This document shows positions 35,979 through 48,755 of a DNA stretch of 64,000 bases, piece by piece; within the stretch, counting starts at the first letter, position 1; each line of letters opens with the position of its first letter. The notes beneath the pieces are model-generated. The model did not search any database. It worked only from the letters and a program-made list of their open reading frames with translations, and was not told where the DNA came from. The DNA comes from Eukaryota sp. GEM-RC1 (taxonomy: Eukaryota), in NCBI GenBank assembly GCA_040285855.1, contig JAUFOQ010000001.1, forward strand, positions 868,001-932,000. Reading direction: 5' to 3'. A program made the translations under genes and the position numbers.

Positions 35979-36035
35979 GATTAAGGTGAGGGTCGAAAAT
36001 CAAGTCCAAAAATCAAGTCAATACAACTTCTAAGA

Positions 36036-36670
36036 TTTGTTGTCAGAGATGTTACATTTGAAATGTTTAAAGCTCATGGATTTCATGCCAAAGTTAAACC
36101 TTTATTCAGTAAGTTGGGTCTTGATTTAATTAATATTTCTTAGAGATGGGAGCCAGCTAAATTTTTTCAGCGGGCTGTCCCAAATTGGAAATATTTCCCG
36201 TCGAGGTGACTTACATGGTCCTTTTATTGATTCTAATCAAATTGTCCTTGATATTACAACAGTAGATCCATGTGCTCAAACTTATGTTAACGTCTTAAAT
36301 TCAAAAGGTTTCAATCACTTAGAAACAGCTGAAAAACGTAAAATTGGTTTGTATTCCAAAGGTGTTATCAAACTCAATCAAAATTTGCATTCAAAATATG
36401 TATTTGTCCAATTTGCTATTTCTATTTTCGGTAGTATTGGTGAAAGGCTTCTCAGTTTTAACTGATTTTGGATCTATGTGTAAGTCTCAGAATATGAGAT
36501 TTAACTTATCAATTTGGCATAACCGATTGATTTTTTCTTTGTTCCGTTCGATGCCTAAGTTTTTCAAATCAAGTATCACAAAATTGTATAAGAACTGTGG
36601 TACTGTTGACTAGGAATTTTCTGTGTCTAGTTTTTCATAGCTTTAATTATGATACGTATTTTTGTGCCCT
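36036..36670 (+). mobile_element. 5'-truncated, frameshifted CRE-like fragment just upstream of the kinase gene
   Basis: VRDVTFEMFKAHGFHAKV, RGDLHGP, VLDITTVDPC, AEKRK, WHNRLIFSLFR align to 16966-17820. Confidence 0.85.
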
Positions 36671-37499
36671 TAAAAAAACTTAACTACAAGTCGTCATCAC
36701 ATTGTGTCACTTAAATCAAATGTATTTGTACCAACTACAAGAACAACAAAACAATGTTGTTCATAGAATGTGAAAGTATTAACCTGAAGTTCAGTCCAAT
36801 TCTTCCTAGAAGTCTAGGCATGTTGGGTGAAGTTACGTATTGATCATCACTTTTAATTGATGTATATTTAAAAACAAAAACATTTGTGGTGTATATAATA
36901 ATTAATAAAACTGTAATTCTATACATATAGAATTTGGTTGTACAGAATGTAGAGTTGCATCCATTACTTCTTCAGATCACAACGCCTTAACTTTTTTAAA
37001 ATCAAAGCCTACAGAACTGTTCGTCTGTAGATGACACAGCCATGGATGAATTACATTGTTCATCGATTAACTAACTAGATGTAATGACTTAGTTTGAGCA
37101 AGATGCTGGTACGTTGAAAAATATTTAAGTCACATTAACTACAATTGTTGAGATGTACAAACATTTCTGCTTCACAAATTCCGAACCAATGCGGAAAACT
37201 TTGACGTGTCAAAAGCTAGTTGACGAAAGAGAAGTAACTGTTGTGTAAGCAAAGCTGGTTGATTTTGATTCAACAGACGAAGAACAACTGTCTGAATCAG
37301 GACATAGATATGTAGAACAATGAAGAGTCTCTCCATAAAAAGAAGTAAATGAGAAGAGTAATGTATTTTATACAGAGAATAAATATTCGCAATTTTGTAA
37401 TCGTGCCGACTAGATCTTTTTTAACATTAAGCCTTTTTTCTACTGCTAAAACCGAACAATCACTTCTTGATCGACAATAAAAACCAATTAAATCAATCA

Positions 37500-38906
37500 C
37501 TACGTATTTATTGAAGATGGTAGTCGATAAACCAAACAAGAAACAGTTAAATAAGAAATAAACGGCAAAAGTCCAATAACCCAAGGAATTCCAATCCTAA
37601 CCAAACTTCCAAACAACAACCCTCCAGTAATACTTCCCATCATCCTTGACACACTAACAGCGGAGTTCAAACTACCATGAACTAATCCATTACAGTTACA
37701 GCTCTCTGCCGCATTGGTACAAATAGAGAGAGAAAGAGATCCACAGATCCACCCAAAAGCAATGAAAACTACTGAAAACAACAAGAATGGCCATGGATTT
37801 GAGAATACAACAGAAAAAGGAGATATTAAGTTACCAATGGCTATAGAAACTTGCCCAACCAAAACAATCTTCTGTAACAAGAACCTCTCCAAAAGCCTTT
37901 TAACAAATACCAACTGAAACAACACGGAGACTAGTCCAAACACTAAGAAATGAGCTCCAGCAGCTGCTGAACTGAATCCCAGTCCACCTTCCTCTTTTGA
38001 AAGAGTGTTGAACAGTACCAAGATAACTAGAGTAGCTCCATTTCCAAACTGATTGATGCAGTAAACGAGACATGATTTTAGAAGAATTCTATTTGAACAA
38101 ATAAGCTTTAGTCCTTGAATAAAGGAAACTCTGGTAGTGGTTGATTTCGACCCATCACGTGACCTATCATCATCAATTAAGGAAGGAGTCCAATCAGAAA
38201 GAACAGGAACAGTACACTCATCACTTTTCCCAGCTGACATCGGAGTCATTGGACATTCAGAGTTCAACACAGATGGAACTCTTCTGATAGCATTGGAATC
38301 TATAGAGGTAGACCGAGGTTCAGATACAAAGAACAACACGTTCACCACACCAAGGACCTGAAGTAGACAACCAGTGAGTACAGGAAGGACAAACTGATCA
38401 GGGAAGAAGGAGGGGTGAGTTTCAAAGGTGAGGACACCACCAAGACCAGAAGCAATGGCACGGGAGAAGGACCAGGCACTGGCTGTGTAGGCAAAGGAGA
38501 GACATCGGAGTTTAGCGTTGTTACCAGAGTGGTCAGAGATCAAAGCACAGCTGAGGACCCATACTCCGTTGAGACTGTAACCGCAGATTCTGGCAATGAA
38601 GATGAGAGGAAGGTTGGAAGAGAAGGCTAAGATTGAGAGGGAGATGACGTTGGCAAGTAGACCAAGGATCATTAGAGGTTTTCTGCCAAAGAAGTCACTA
38701 AAGTAGCCAATGGCGAGGCTTGATAGGATGAGAGAAGCGGATACAAGAGAGTCGAAAAGTCCAACTAGATTACTTACTGCAGTTTGATCGAGAGAGAAAC
38801 GAGTGCGGAGAAGGTCGGGGAACATTACGGTTGGTAGAGTGATGGAGAACGCATCAACAACAACGACAGCAAGGATAGGTAGGAGGATCTTCGTATATGG
38901 TTGCAT
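37500..38906 (-). CDS. Major facilitator superfamily transporter (DHA1/TetA/ZIFL-like)
   Basis: MFS motif A GYFSDFFGRKP, IFIARIC, two hydrophobic 6-helix halves with a long central loop, RMMGSITGGLLF. Confidence 0.92.
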   Translation of the reverse strand: MQPYTKILLPILAVVVVDAFSITLPTVMFPDLLRTRFSLDQTAVSNLVGLFDSLVSASLILSSLAIGYFSDFFGRKPLMILGLLANVISLSILAFSSNLPLIFIARICGYSLNGVWVLSCALISDHSGNNAKLRCLSFAYTASAWSFSRAIASGLGGVLTFETHPSFFPDQFVLPVLTGCLLQVLGVVNVLFFVSEPRSTSIDSNAIRRVPSVLNSECPMTPMSAGKSDECTVPVLSDWTPSLIDDDRSRDGSKSTTTRVSFIQGLKLICSNRILLKSCLVYCINQFGNGATLVILVLFNTLSKEEGGLGFSSAAAGAHFLVFGLVSVLFQLVFVKRLLERFLLQKIVLVGQVSIAIGNLISPFSVVFSNPWPFLLFSVVFIAFGWICGSLSLSICTNAAESCNCNGLVHGSLNSAVSVSRMMGSITGGLLFGSLVRIGIPWVIGLLPFISYLTVSCLVYRLPSSINT

Positions 38907-39718
38907 AAGTTGAGCAAAAGAACGTTAGTTAGTATGTATCTCTACTGTAAGAATTAGTATAGAGTTGGCGAGAAAACCTCTTCCATGTAACAGGGTTTAA
39001 AAGTGGTGCATGTAGTATGTGATTACATGTAAGAACTTGTCATAGGTCAAAGGAAAAAGCAGTTCAGATTGAGACATTTGTCAAAAATCAACCAACTCTA
39101 TATCCGATAAAAACTCTTGACAAAATCCTACAAAAATTTTGTCCGACAGTGTACCACAAGTAAGTAATGCAAGAATAACAAGAGCTCTAGGAAACATTGT
39201 TATAATGAAGTTTCTCACTTTGTACCTCAATTATTTGTTTCTAAGGAATCTTGTGTTGCCAATAAGCTAATAGCGCTATTAGCCTAGTGGCAACCCTTGT
39301 TTTGATGATATTGTGTTTTAGACTATTTATTTCAATATATCTGCCGTAGAAACCCTAAAGTAAATAATATTATTTGTTCCATGAGCACTAGCCTCCTGGT
39401 AGAGTTTGATTTAACGATGGTTATAATCTTAGTCAGAAAATAGACCTTCTTGTCGTGTGTTGTTTTGATATTGTATAATACATTTTGTGGTTTTCGATTT
39501 CTCAACCCATCATGCCAAATCACTTGTCCAAAATAATTTCATCGTCGAGTTTACACTTATGATTGATAATTGTGTTGTAAAAATATTTGTCGTTGATTGA
39601 GCATCACAAGACAAAAGGTTGTTGTTCAAACAATCATCTAATTTTGATGGGCATGTTTTGGATTGAGCTTTGTTTATTTTCGTGTGCACGTTGTATATAT
39701 TTTTAGTGGTGGTGAATC

Positions 39719-40397
39719 CAGGGATTGGAAAAATATATTGATATTGCAATATATTGCAATAAGTACAATAACAATATGGTATTGTTGGTACATAAACAAT
39801 AACAATATCATATTGTTGGTGCGTGTACAATAACAATATATTGCAATATGTTGATGGGTTATTGTTAGTGAAATAATTGATACCTCAGTGTTTCATAGAA
39901 TCTTTGTGGGAGAAAACACTGTGTAATAGGATAGATGTCGCCTCCTTAAGAAGAAGGATACTAAACAAGACCATACAGTGAGTTCTACATTCGCCTTCGA
40001 CTGTCAACTTATTGATTCAAGCATCAGCAATTCCGAGTACATTGACTTTTCAATCATTCATTTACCCTCCAGTGAAATTTAGAGGCTCTTCAGTCAGCCA
40101 AAACTCACTTTAGGTTGTTATTGACATGTTTTAGATCAGGTTATCACAGAAAAACAATGGTTCTTGATATACAATCCTTCTTTTCCAATGAAAAACAATT
40201 GGCAGAATGTTCAACTCGTGGAAAAAAATGTTGTTGCAAATAAACTTCTTTATGTTTGTATTTTCCAATATTGCAATATATTGTCCACAAATAAAAATTT
40301 ATTGTTCACAATAACAATACCATATTGTTCCAGTTCTCTTATTGCCAATAAATATTGTTGGTGGACAATATATATACACATATTTTTCCAATCCCTG
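39719..40397. mobile_element. Non-autonomous hAT element (679 bp)
   Basis: TIR CAGGGATTGGAAAAATAT...ATATTTTTCCAATCCCTG; exact TSD GGTGAATC at 39711-39718 and 40398-40405; ATATTGCAAT subterminal repeats. Confidence 0.95.
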
Positions 40398-40463
40398 GGT
40401 GAATCTCCCAATAATTGTTGAAATTAATCAAATTAATGATAAGTTATTATTTCAAGATGTTTA

Positions 40464-40524
40464 ATAACCGGATCATATTTTGGTGACTGTCTGGTAGTCA
40501 GTCACCAAAATATGACCCGGTTAT
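40464..40524. repeat. 61-bp near-perfect inverted repeat
   Basis: ATAACCGGATCATATTTTGGTGACTG / CAGTCACCAAAATATGACCCGGTTAT, 26-bp arms with one mismatch. Confidence 0.9.
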
Positions 40525-41207
40525 CAGTGACTGCTTAGAATTAGATATTCATGAATAACTTCGATATTTTAAAGCCTACTGATTGACATTCTTTACTTTC
40601 CAATACAATGTTGGTGCTTTTGTCATGATTGTTCTTCGATTAGACAAAAGAAAGATTTCAACTAACCCAATACAAAACTTAGTAGATGATTGTATAGTGT
40701 TTAAGGTTGCTTGAATTGGGAAATCGACGATAGATACGATTTACTTCTCATTCGTAACAAACGTAATTAAGTAATCTTACGTGATTAGATTCTCTACTTG
40801 TATGATTATTAACACTCAAATAACAATAACTGTAAATTTGTTTTAATCAATGTAACTATCATGTGTATATCATCAAAACAAATCAGCCGGTTGTATAGAC
40901 CTTTTGAACGATATCTCAGTCAGAAAGTTCAGCAAAGATTCAATACTGAATAATACAGACCACATTGTTTCAGAACTTCTTTCCTTGGATATTGAATCGA
41001 AATTTTGAATTAAGACATGTGTACAAACAATGAATACATTCATACAAAGTGTTCATGTTGCTACAATAGCGACTCTTCTGACTGAGGTTCACCTATTTAG
41101 ACGTCACATTTATTCAGACAGTTTCACCCAGGAAAAAATGTGTTTGAATTAATCAGAATCACTGCTTTAAATGAAAAGATTTACCCACAATGACAATGTT
41201 ATCAATT

Positions 41208-42443
41208 CTATTCAACGATTTCAAGTTCATGATCACTACGATACAATGAAGCAAATGGATAATAATTACCACTACTTAATCTTGGAAGAGTTCCAGTAAG
41301 ATTAATTGAAAAATTACTCACGGACTTGATTGTTAAAGTGTAATTGATGAGATCTGCATTGATTTCGAGTAATTCACCGGGATTCCACTGATCAGTTGTT
41401 CCTATAAGACAACCATGAATAAGACCTTCACCATTGAAAATACCGTGAGCATTCTTATAACAACCACCATCAACACTAAACTTTGACTCGTCAATGACTC
41501 CAACAAAAAGATAACTAGTATTCCCCTGGTACCTCAACTTCCAAGTATACACATTACCTGGAAGAAGTGGATCTTCTCCCAAGATATTTCTACGAACACC
41601 ACCACCACTTCCAACAACAACTCTCTTTCTATCATCACTAACTTGTAACTCAGAATGTTTCCTAGTTTGAGAGAATTTAATCATTTTTGATTGAAACACC
41701 AGTTGAATTTCTGAAGCTGTCTGTTTTAGTTGTTCAATTTCCTGTTGTAGTTTGGCGTTATACATTGTGGTGGTTAAATTCTGAATATCAGTTGTCAAGG
41801 TGGAAATTGTTGTCTTCAAATCATGTAATTTCATGGTAAGATCAGTATTAAGTGAGTTCAAGTCAGAATTGCTGCTTTCTAAAACCGCATTATGGTGTTC
41901 TACTTCAACATTTTTGGTTGTTAATTCAGAATTTTCTTCCTGCAAATCACAATTTTCATTCACCAACGAGTCAAAGTAAAGATTCTTAACTCTTGTAAAC
42001 AAAAACTTCATCAAATCGGCTTCCAATTCTTCAACATCTTTTAAAGGAACAAACAGCAACTCATCCCATTGTTGAAATGAAAAGGCTTCAGCAGAACAAG
42101 AATTTAGAATATTTAAAAATTCATTCAAATCGAAACTTCCATTCAAAATTGATTCTACCATTGATTTGATGAACCACGACTGTGATTGAGTGGAAGTGCA
42201 GTATTTTACAAGCGTTTTAAACCCTTCAGTAGTGATTGCCATCACGTCATCAATCAAAAGGTCATCACTCTTGGAAAAGAAAGGACCAACGAATTCCAGA
42301 GCTCTCAAGTCATTTCTTTCATCTGCTTCTTTAATGAATGGTTTTAACCAAGCCCAGGTTACGAGATGAGTGTTTAGGTGGTTTTCAACGTGGTGAATGA
42401 GTTTGTCCACTTGGAAGTAGTGGACGAGGTAAAAGAAGTCGTA
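41208..42443 (-). pseudogene. 5'-truncated BTB - coiled coil - SPRY-like copy B (open frame, N-terminal part of BTB missing)
   Basis: Homology to copies A and C starts at YDFFYLVHYFQVDKL and abuts the unclassified repeat at ~42445; the cassette reads through without a frameshift. Confidence 0.85.
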
Positions 42444-42444
42444 T

Positions 42445-43160
42445 CTAATCCTGAACTTCCACTGAAGAGTAGTCTTTCATTTGATGATAATGTAACACTT
42501 ACTAGCAGTTAACTGTTCAATGTTTCCTCCTCTTCTAGTATCTCCTCCCCGCAACCTAACTCTGATACACTGTCTGCTTCGGTCTCATTGCCTACTTGTT
42601 CCTCTGAGTACTTGCGTCTTCAGCAGACTGTATTGTTCTTGATCAATGTATACTTGCTTGTGTTCTACAGTCCTCTCTCAACGTCAATCAGTGAGACTGA
42701 CGTCTTCCTATCCGTCATTTGAAGCAGGAATTGGCCACAGTTCTTCCCAAAGTTGATATGTGACCCATCGTTTCTTGAATCTACTCATCAATCAGTCGAA
42801 GTGTTTCTTCAATCAAACACGTTTCCTGTGGTTTATAAAGACCTTCCTCAACTACATTCATTTGCTCATCTCTTTGAAGCAGAGGTACAGTCTGTTTTCT
42901 TGTACTTGATTGTGAAATTTAGAGTTGAAGAATTTCTTTGTTTTTTCACAAGATTACAGGATTTGAATTTAAGCTGTTCTATTATTATGACTTAGTGTTC
43001 TTGAACAGATTTTGTTGTTTTTCTCCACGTCTTTTTTGTTATTTTTGATTCCATGTACCCCTCTATTTCCATTGATGTAATTTTCTATATTACATTTTGG
43101 TGTTCAAACAAGATATTGAAAGTAAATCTCATTATTGGTTTTTCCCCAAAGTCCGCCGTC
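42445..43160. repeat. Diverged copy of the 1385-2080 unclassified repeat
   Basis: CCCCGCAACCTAACTCTGATACACTG, GAATCTACTCATCAATCAGTC and AAAGACCTTCCTCAACTA are shared. Confidence 0.85.
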
Positions 43161-44499
43161 AAACTTACTTTTGCCGTTGGGTTTTCAATCTCCAACAATG
43201 AAACTTATTGGTTTAAACCATACTTGTGAATCACAAAACTTTTCTCCAATATTACAGCATCACTTCACATACAAAGCATGTGATGTGTGATTTTGACATC
43301 ACAAAAATTTATCTTAAGTAATTTTTTATCAAAAAAACCTGATTCAGATTTTTGCTATGGATTCTTGATAACCTACTGATAATCAAGACAGAGAGTGATT
43401 TTTTAGATAAGGGAAAACTACTTAGATGGATCACACGTCATAGGTCATATTTACTACACTACAAGTAGTTGTTCACTGTTCAGTTAAGTAATCATAACTA
43501 CAAACATCAACGATATTTGCATTACATGTGCAGATCCATGTCGACCTTGTTTTTTAATGAGTGTTCTTCTGCTTTATAATTGGACCAGTTCTGACGAAGC
43601 TGTTGCACTGATATGTTATTTTCGGTCTCGGTTTCCTGCTGTTGCTGGTGATCTTTTAGTTACTGAAAAGATGTGTTCTCGTTAATCACCTTAAAGCGAA
43701 GGTTTCTCCCCGAAGGTTGAATTAATTTCTCATGTAAATTCGACACGCGATTGGACTCATATTTGTTTGTCCCACTCATGTAGTAAATTACTGGACTTGA
43801 ATGTACTTGTAACATGTTTTACTGGAAATGGACCAATATTCTACTCATAAATGGTAGATAGTACTTTATACAAAGTGATGACATCAACATCAGTGGAATA
43901 TACATTTATGTTTTCCTTGACAGTACCTTTCCTGGCATTATCATAGACTTATTAGGTAACGGAAACTTCAATTTGAATTGAGTATCTTGTTGAGCTACAA
44001 CTCTAACCTCGCCATTGTTATACATGTTCTGTACCTCTGAGTTTATTGACATTCATCTGGCTTGAGCTGGATTAGGATAAGGAGTTATCAACTAATCGCG
44101 GTACACGTTGAACATCATCAATGCGTCTTTATAAACGCCAATGATGGTGAAACACTTCGAAAGTGAGAGGTTGGCTATCTCCAATTAACTGTTACAATAA
44201 CTTACAACAACTTCTTTCAAGGACTTTCTTGAAATCCTTGAGAAAGGAAATTCTTCATTCTTTGATGCATCTTTCAAAGTCCCCGAGTCTGCTTTGAACA
44301 ATTCTTGCTACTTGTGCAGTCTTCTTCATACTTACAGGGGATAGCTTTCCATGAACTATGTCGTTGTCAGTTTGGGGGAAACAAAGCGGATCATCTCTTC
44401 GAGTTCCAAGATTGCGTGGTTATCGTTAGAGGACATACAAGTTTTAGTACTTTCACAATACGTATTGATGGTTGATTAAGTTAACAGGTGGTACCTGAT

Positions 44500-44900
44500 T
44501 TATTACGAGAAGGGAGGAAAAGATGAGGCAATCATGGGGTCACGTTTTTGAGCCTTTTCTGTTAACTTTGTTCCATAGAACTTGACATCTTTTCCAGCTG
44601 TTATGCAATGAATTTTGAAATCATAACAAATTTGACCAAATTGTCGTTGAATGATCTTCAAATCACGTTTCATATTTGGATGTAGCCCAATGTTTGGCCG
44701 AGATAAGTGTGAGTATCCAAATAGCATATGATTAATGACTTCTTGAACAGAATCCATTGATTCATCCATAACTTTCCGTTTTGAGTCTTGGCACATCCAA
44801 TGAAGGGTACATTTAAAAGATCAGACAATGTCTTATTGACTGCACAATTATCGCCAGAAACGAAGAACAATCTGTTGATTTTCTGTTCAACTTTAGAAGT
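44500..44900 (-). mobile_element. hAT transposase fragment
   Basis: FFVSGDNCAVNKTLSDLLNVPFIGC matches the hAT GDN..VN..LA..L.VP.IGC segment (cf. 9006-9581). Confidence 0.7.
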
Positions 44901-45052
44901 ACAGTCAACTACCGAATAGAGCCTGTTTCTGAAAAATCTTATTATTTGACATATTTTATCTTTTAAGTACTAGTAGTTTGTATTTAGTGTGTCAATGACA
45001 TAAACTTTTTACATATAAATATATAACATTAACTACCATCATTATTAAAACA

Positions 45053-45822
45053 ATGATGCTTGAAAGCAAAATATGCGTCTACGACTAGGTTTGTGCCCTA
45101 GTGGTTTACTAAATAATTCAATCTGTGTTTGCGATAACAGTTCTACAGCCACTAGTCGTCGTATCGTAAGTTGCAATTTTTGTAATTTCGACCTGTTCTA
45201 CATAATGCTGTTCGTGATGTTACTTATGAAATGTTTAAATTTTATAAGTATAGTCGTAAAATGAACCTCTTCTGAAACACTATAGTGACAATAACGTGTT
45301 TGACTCTCGGCGTGGTGACCTAATTGCTTCTTTCCTGGATTCATCTCAAGTTGTGGTTGATTTTACTACAGTTGGCCTGTTTGCAAAAGTGTACCAAGTC
45401 TCCATTTTGAATGATTCAAATGGTCATATAGAAAATGCTGAACAGCGAAAGTGTTCAAATTATGCGGATTTTGAAGAAGCTACAGCAAAATTAATACTAT
45501 AAGTTTTCATTTATTCCATTTGCAATTTCAATTGTTGGTAATATAGATCCAGTAGGTTTAAAACTTTTAAGCGATTTTAGTCTTCTGATGGCAAGGTTTG
45601 TGTGGTGCTGCGTCGGATTAATGTTTGCTCTTTCTATAAGCATACCTGAATTTAAGTTCCATTTATTTGATGTGGTATAGGGATAATATTCGTGTTGATG
45701 TGAAGAATTTAAGTTCGTTCATTTTTTGTCTACTGTATTTTCTTTAGTGTAAGTTTATGGAATAAAGCACTTTTTTCTAAATTAGTATGTATTACTGTAT
45801 TGTTGGAGATACAGTTATAAAT
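45053..45822 (+). mobile_element. 5'-truncated, decayed CRE-like insertion (same subfamily as 32846)
   Basis: NMRLRLGLCP, RRGDL, VVDFTTV, AEQRKCSNY; candidate TSD ATCATTATTAAA(A)CA at 45038-45052 and 45823-45836. Confidence 0.85.
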
Positions 45823-46799
45823 ATCATTATTAAACATTTCTTATTATAAGACTATGAAATCAATAAACTCCCAGCCCAGTATTGACGATGGCTCCGAGAT
45901 TTCATCGGAACCAATTGGATTCAATAATTCCTCTACAACCTCACACCCAATTAAATCGTGCTCGAGCTCAATTGGTAATCGGTTTTAAACAAAAAATCCT
46001 CACTGTAATAACAACAACGGGCAAAGTTGTTGTTCTTTCTCCGTACCGGTATCTTAATCACCGTCAGTTGGAAGACTGGCAGGCTGACAAGATTACTATC
46101 ATGCGCTCAGACCCTTCTTCTTTCGGATTTCTGGTGCAGAACGTAAGCCTTTGATTACTAACCTTGAAGAATCCTTGTGTGATGAGTTATTGGAAAAGCA
46201 ATCCTGTTTAGAACAAGTTACAGTAAATTGGTTAAATGCCAGAGTTAATTAGAATTACAGATGTGATAGCTGTTATGAACACTGCGTTATCGGCTATTAA
46301 TTTTGGTGGTTAAACTATACAAGGGCCTTTCACAAAAATACCAGTGACAACATTTGTATTTTTTGGAACAACCATACCCATATCAAATATACCAAGAAGA
46401 AGCAGGGTATAAGTGAAATTCCGATTTGTCGTTGACTGGTATTTTTGTAATAATCCCAATATATAAATAATGGTTGAAGGCTATTTGTGTAGTAAAAGTA
46501 AACAGACTATAAGCTGTCCATAGTGTTTGCTCAAGATATTTTCAACAAGTCTTATGATGGGGCATCGCTGTTAGGTATTCCTCACCGATATTAGTAACGT
46601 TATAACAAGTGATGAGCAAAAATCACTCCGATGACTCTTGCCTATTGTGAACACAAGAAAAGTACACAACTGTTGTTTTAATTTTATTAATTAAAGAAAC
46701 ACTGAACTGAAAGTATGAAGTTTCGGTGAGATTAATCTTCAACTCGGGGAAGTAGTCTCACTACTAATTTTTCAACCAACCTAAATTAGTCTCAGTTGA

Positions 46800-47300
46800 A
46801 ATCATGTGATGGAATTGGCATTGTGTGATGCTATTATTTCAGCATTTCCTGAATCCACTCATCTGCTTTGTTTGTGACACATCTTTAAAAATGTAGAATC
46901 AAAAGCTATACACTGTTTTGGCTTGATTGAAGAACTCCAAGAATTCAATGCCAATTTTAAAAGTTTAGCTTACGCTACAACTGAAGACGATTTTAAGTCT
47001 GTAGGATATGAAATGCTGATGGGGAGCAAACCATATGTTTCTGAACTATATTCACCGAGAATGGTTACCTAGAAAACACCAATGGGCAGAATATTCTGTA
47101 AATTCTTGTGTTCATTTAGGTGAACGTACCACTTCAAGAGTTGAGTCCCTACACTCCAGTTTAAAAGGATATTTGAAATGTTCTATAGGAAGTATATGGA
47201 ACGTATTCCAGAAGATTGATGTACTCTTTGTGGATCAAAAGTGCCACGTAAGCATCTCTCATTATCCCAAGAAATGTTGAATTTGATACAGTTGCCTCAA
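46800..47300 (+). mobile_element. MULE/FAR1-type transposase fragment
   Basis: ELALCDAIISAFPESTHLLCL*HIFKN and EWLPRKHQWA...HLGERTTSRVESLHSSLKGYL. Confidence 0.85.
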
Positions 47301-48755
47301 GAACATATTTGCTTTCCCCTTGTAGGATCTGTTGGTAAGGTTGTTATCAAAAGATTATTTCGGTTGTCAACAATGCTGATGAAGTTAAAAACTGCCACGG
47401 TATGCAAAATTGTCTTTATGCGGAAGGTCTTCCCTCTATCTCAATTTACTCTACAACAAATCCTCCTACTATTTCCTCTTACTTATTATAATACCAAAAA
47501 AATGTAGTGCGAGAAATTTTTCTCGTATTCACTTTTGTGTTTTTAGCTGAGGTTGTGTGGTAAAATGTCAATTTAGACAGTCTCTTGTTTACCGATTTTA
47601 AATAAAGTTACTGACATACTTTGAACCTTTCCACAAAACTTTGTGGATTTGTTGCTAAGTACATGTTTGGAACTAGCAAACTCACGTGATTTGATTTCAT
47701 TTAGTCAATTTCTCGACATACAACAATGATGAAAGTTTCTTTTACCATGGTAACTTTATGAAAAAGACTCTTTAAATGATCAATTCAATGGTATTAAATG
47801 ACATAAAGTACTCAAAAAGTGAATTGATTTAATTAATACGCACTTTTTTAATCCAATTTGGAAAGAAAATAAACATACAAAATTGATTGATGAATTAGAG
47901 AAAACAAAAACACATAGAGTAGTTACTTAGAACATGTTCAATGACGAATGATTTTACCAAAATTCAATTATTCAAAAAATTTATGATCAAGTTTCTCCCA
48001 TCAAGTGTATAAAGCTCACGAGTACAGTACAAGCTAAGATATCAGAAACAAGACACGTTTAAATAATGATAGATCGAAAAACAACAAAGAACACATTTAG
48101 AACGCCCTTAGATACCAGTTAGATTGAGAAAGGAGTTTAAAGTCCTTTTGATGAGTCAATCCTTGATGAGAGAAAGAATGCTGACGTGTCAAAAGAAGGA
48201 ATGACTTGGACTTTCGCGAAAAAAACGTTAAGTTGCAGCTGAAACGATTGTAGGGTAAAGTGCATATCAGATGCTGATCATTTAAAAACATAATATTAGC
48301 TCTATAACTACTATGGATGTAGATCAAAAGAGGATACAGTCATTGCTCATCATGATAAAAACTAGCTCTCTGTAAATCAGCTAGATCAGGATCAAAGTAA
48401 TAGAAGTGAGAGGAGGCATACAAACCAATGCGAAGGACTATAAAAGCAGCAGAACTCTTGATTAGCTCATTGGCCATAGGGTAGCTGAGGGAAGCAGCAT
48501 CGACTCAAAAGGAGTGAATGATCATGAGTTTGAGGATGGATTGATCATTTACCAGCCATAAAGAGTTAGAGATCATTGGTTTGACTTTTTACCGATGATA
48601 GTTCCATGTGAATATGGTGGGATACTGCATTATCATCAAATGATCGACTAATCTTCAGGAGAGGTTCAGGATTATGCATGTTGTTTTGTTTTAGCACAAG
48701 AACATTGGTCTACCGTTTCAATCTCATTAACTTATCTCCTTTTCTATTGCTTCTA

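Noticed and set aside
30586..46880. Reassigned TGA codon (TGA at Trp-like positions at ~45061 and ~46875, and at an Arg position at 30586)
   Set aside because: All occur in decayed copies and are one substitution from TGG or AGA; long intact genes use TGG and contain no in-frame TGA
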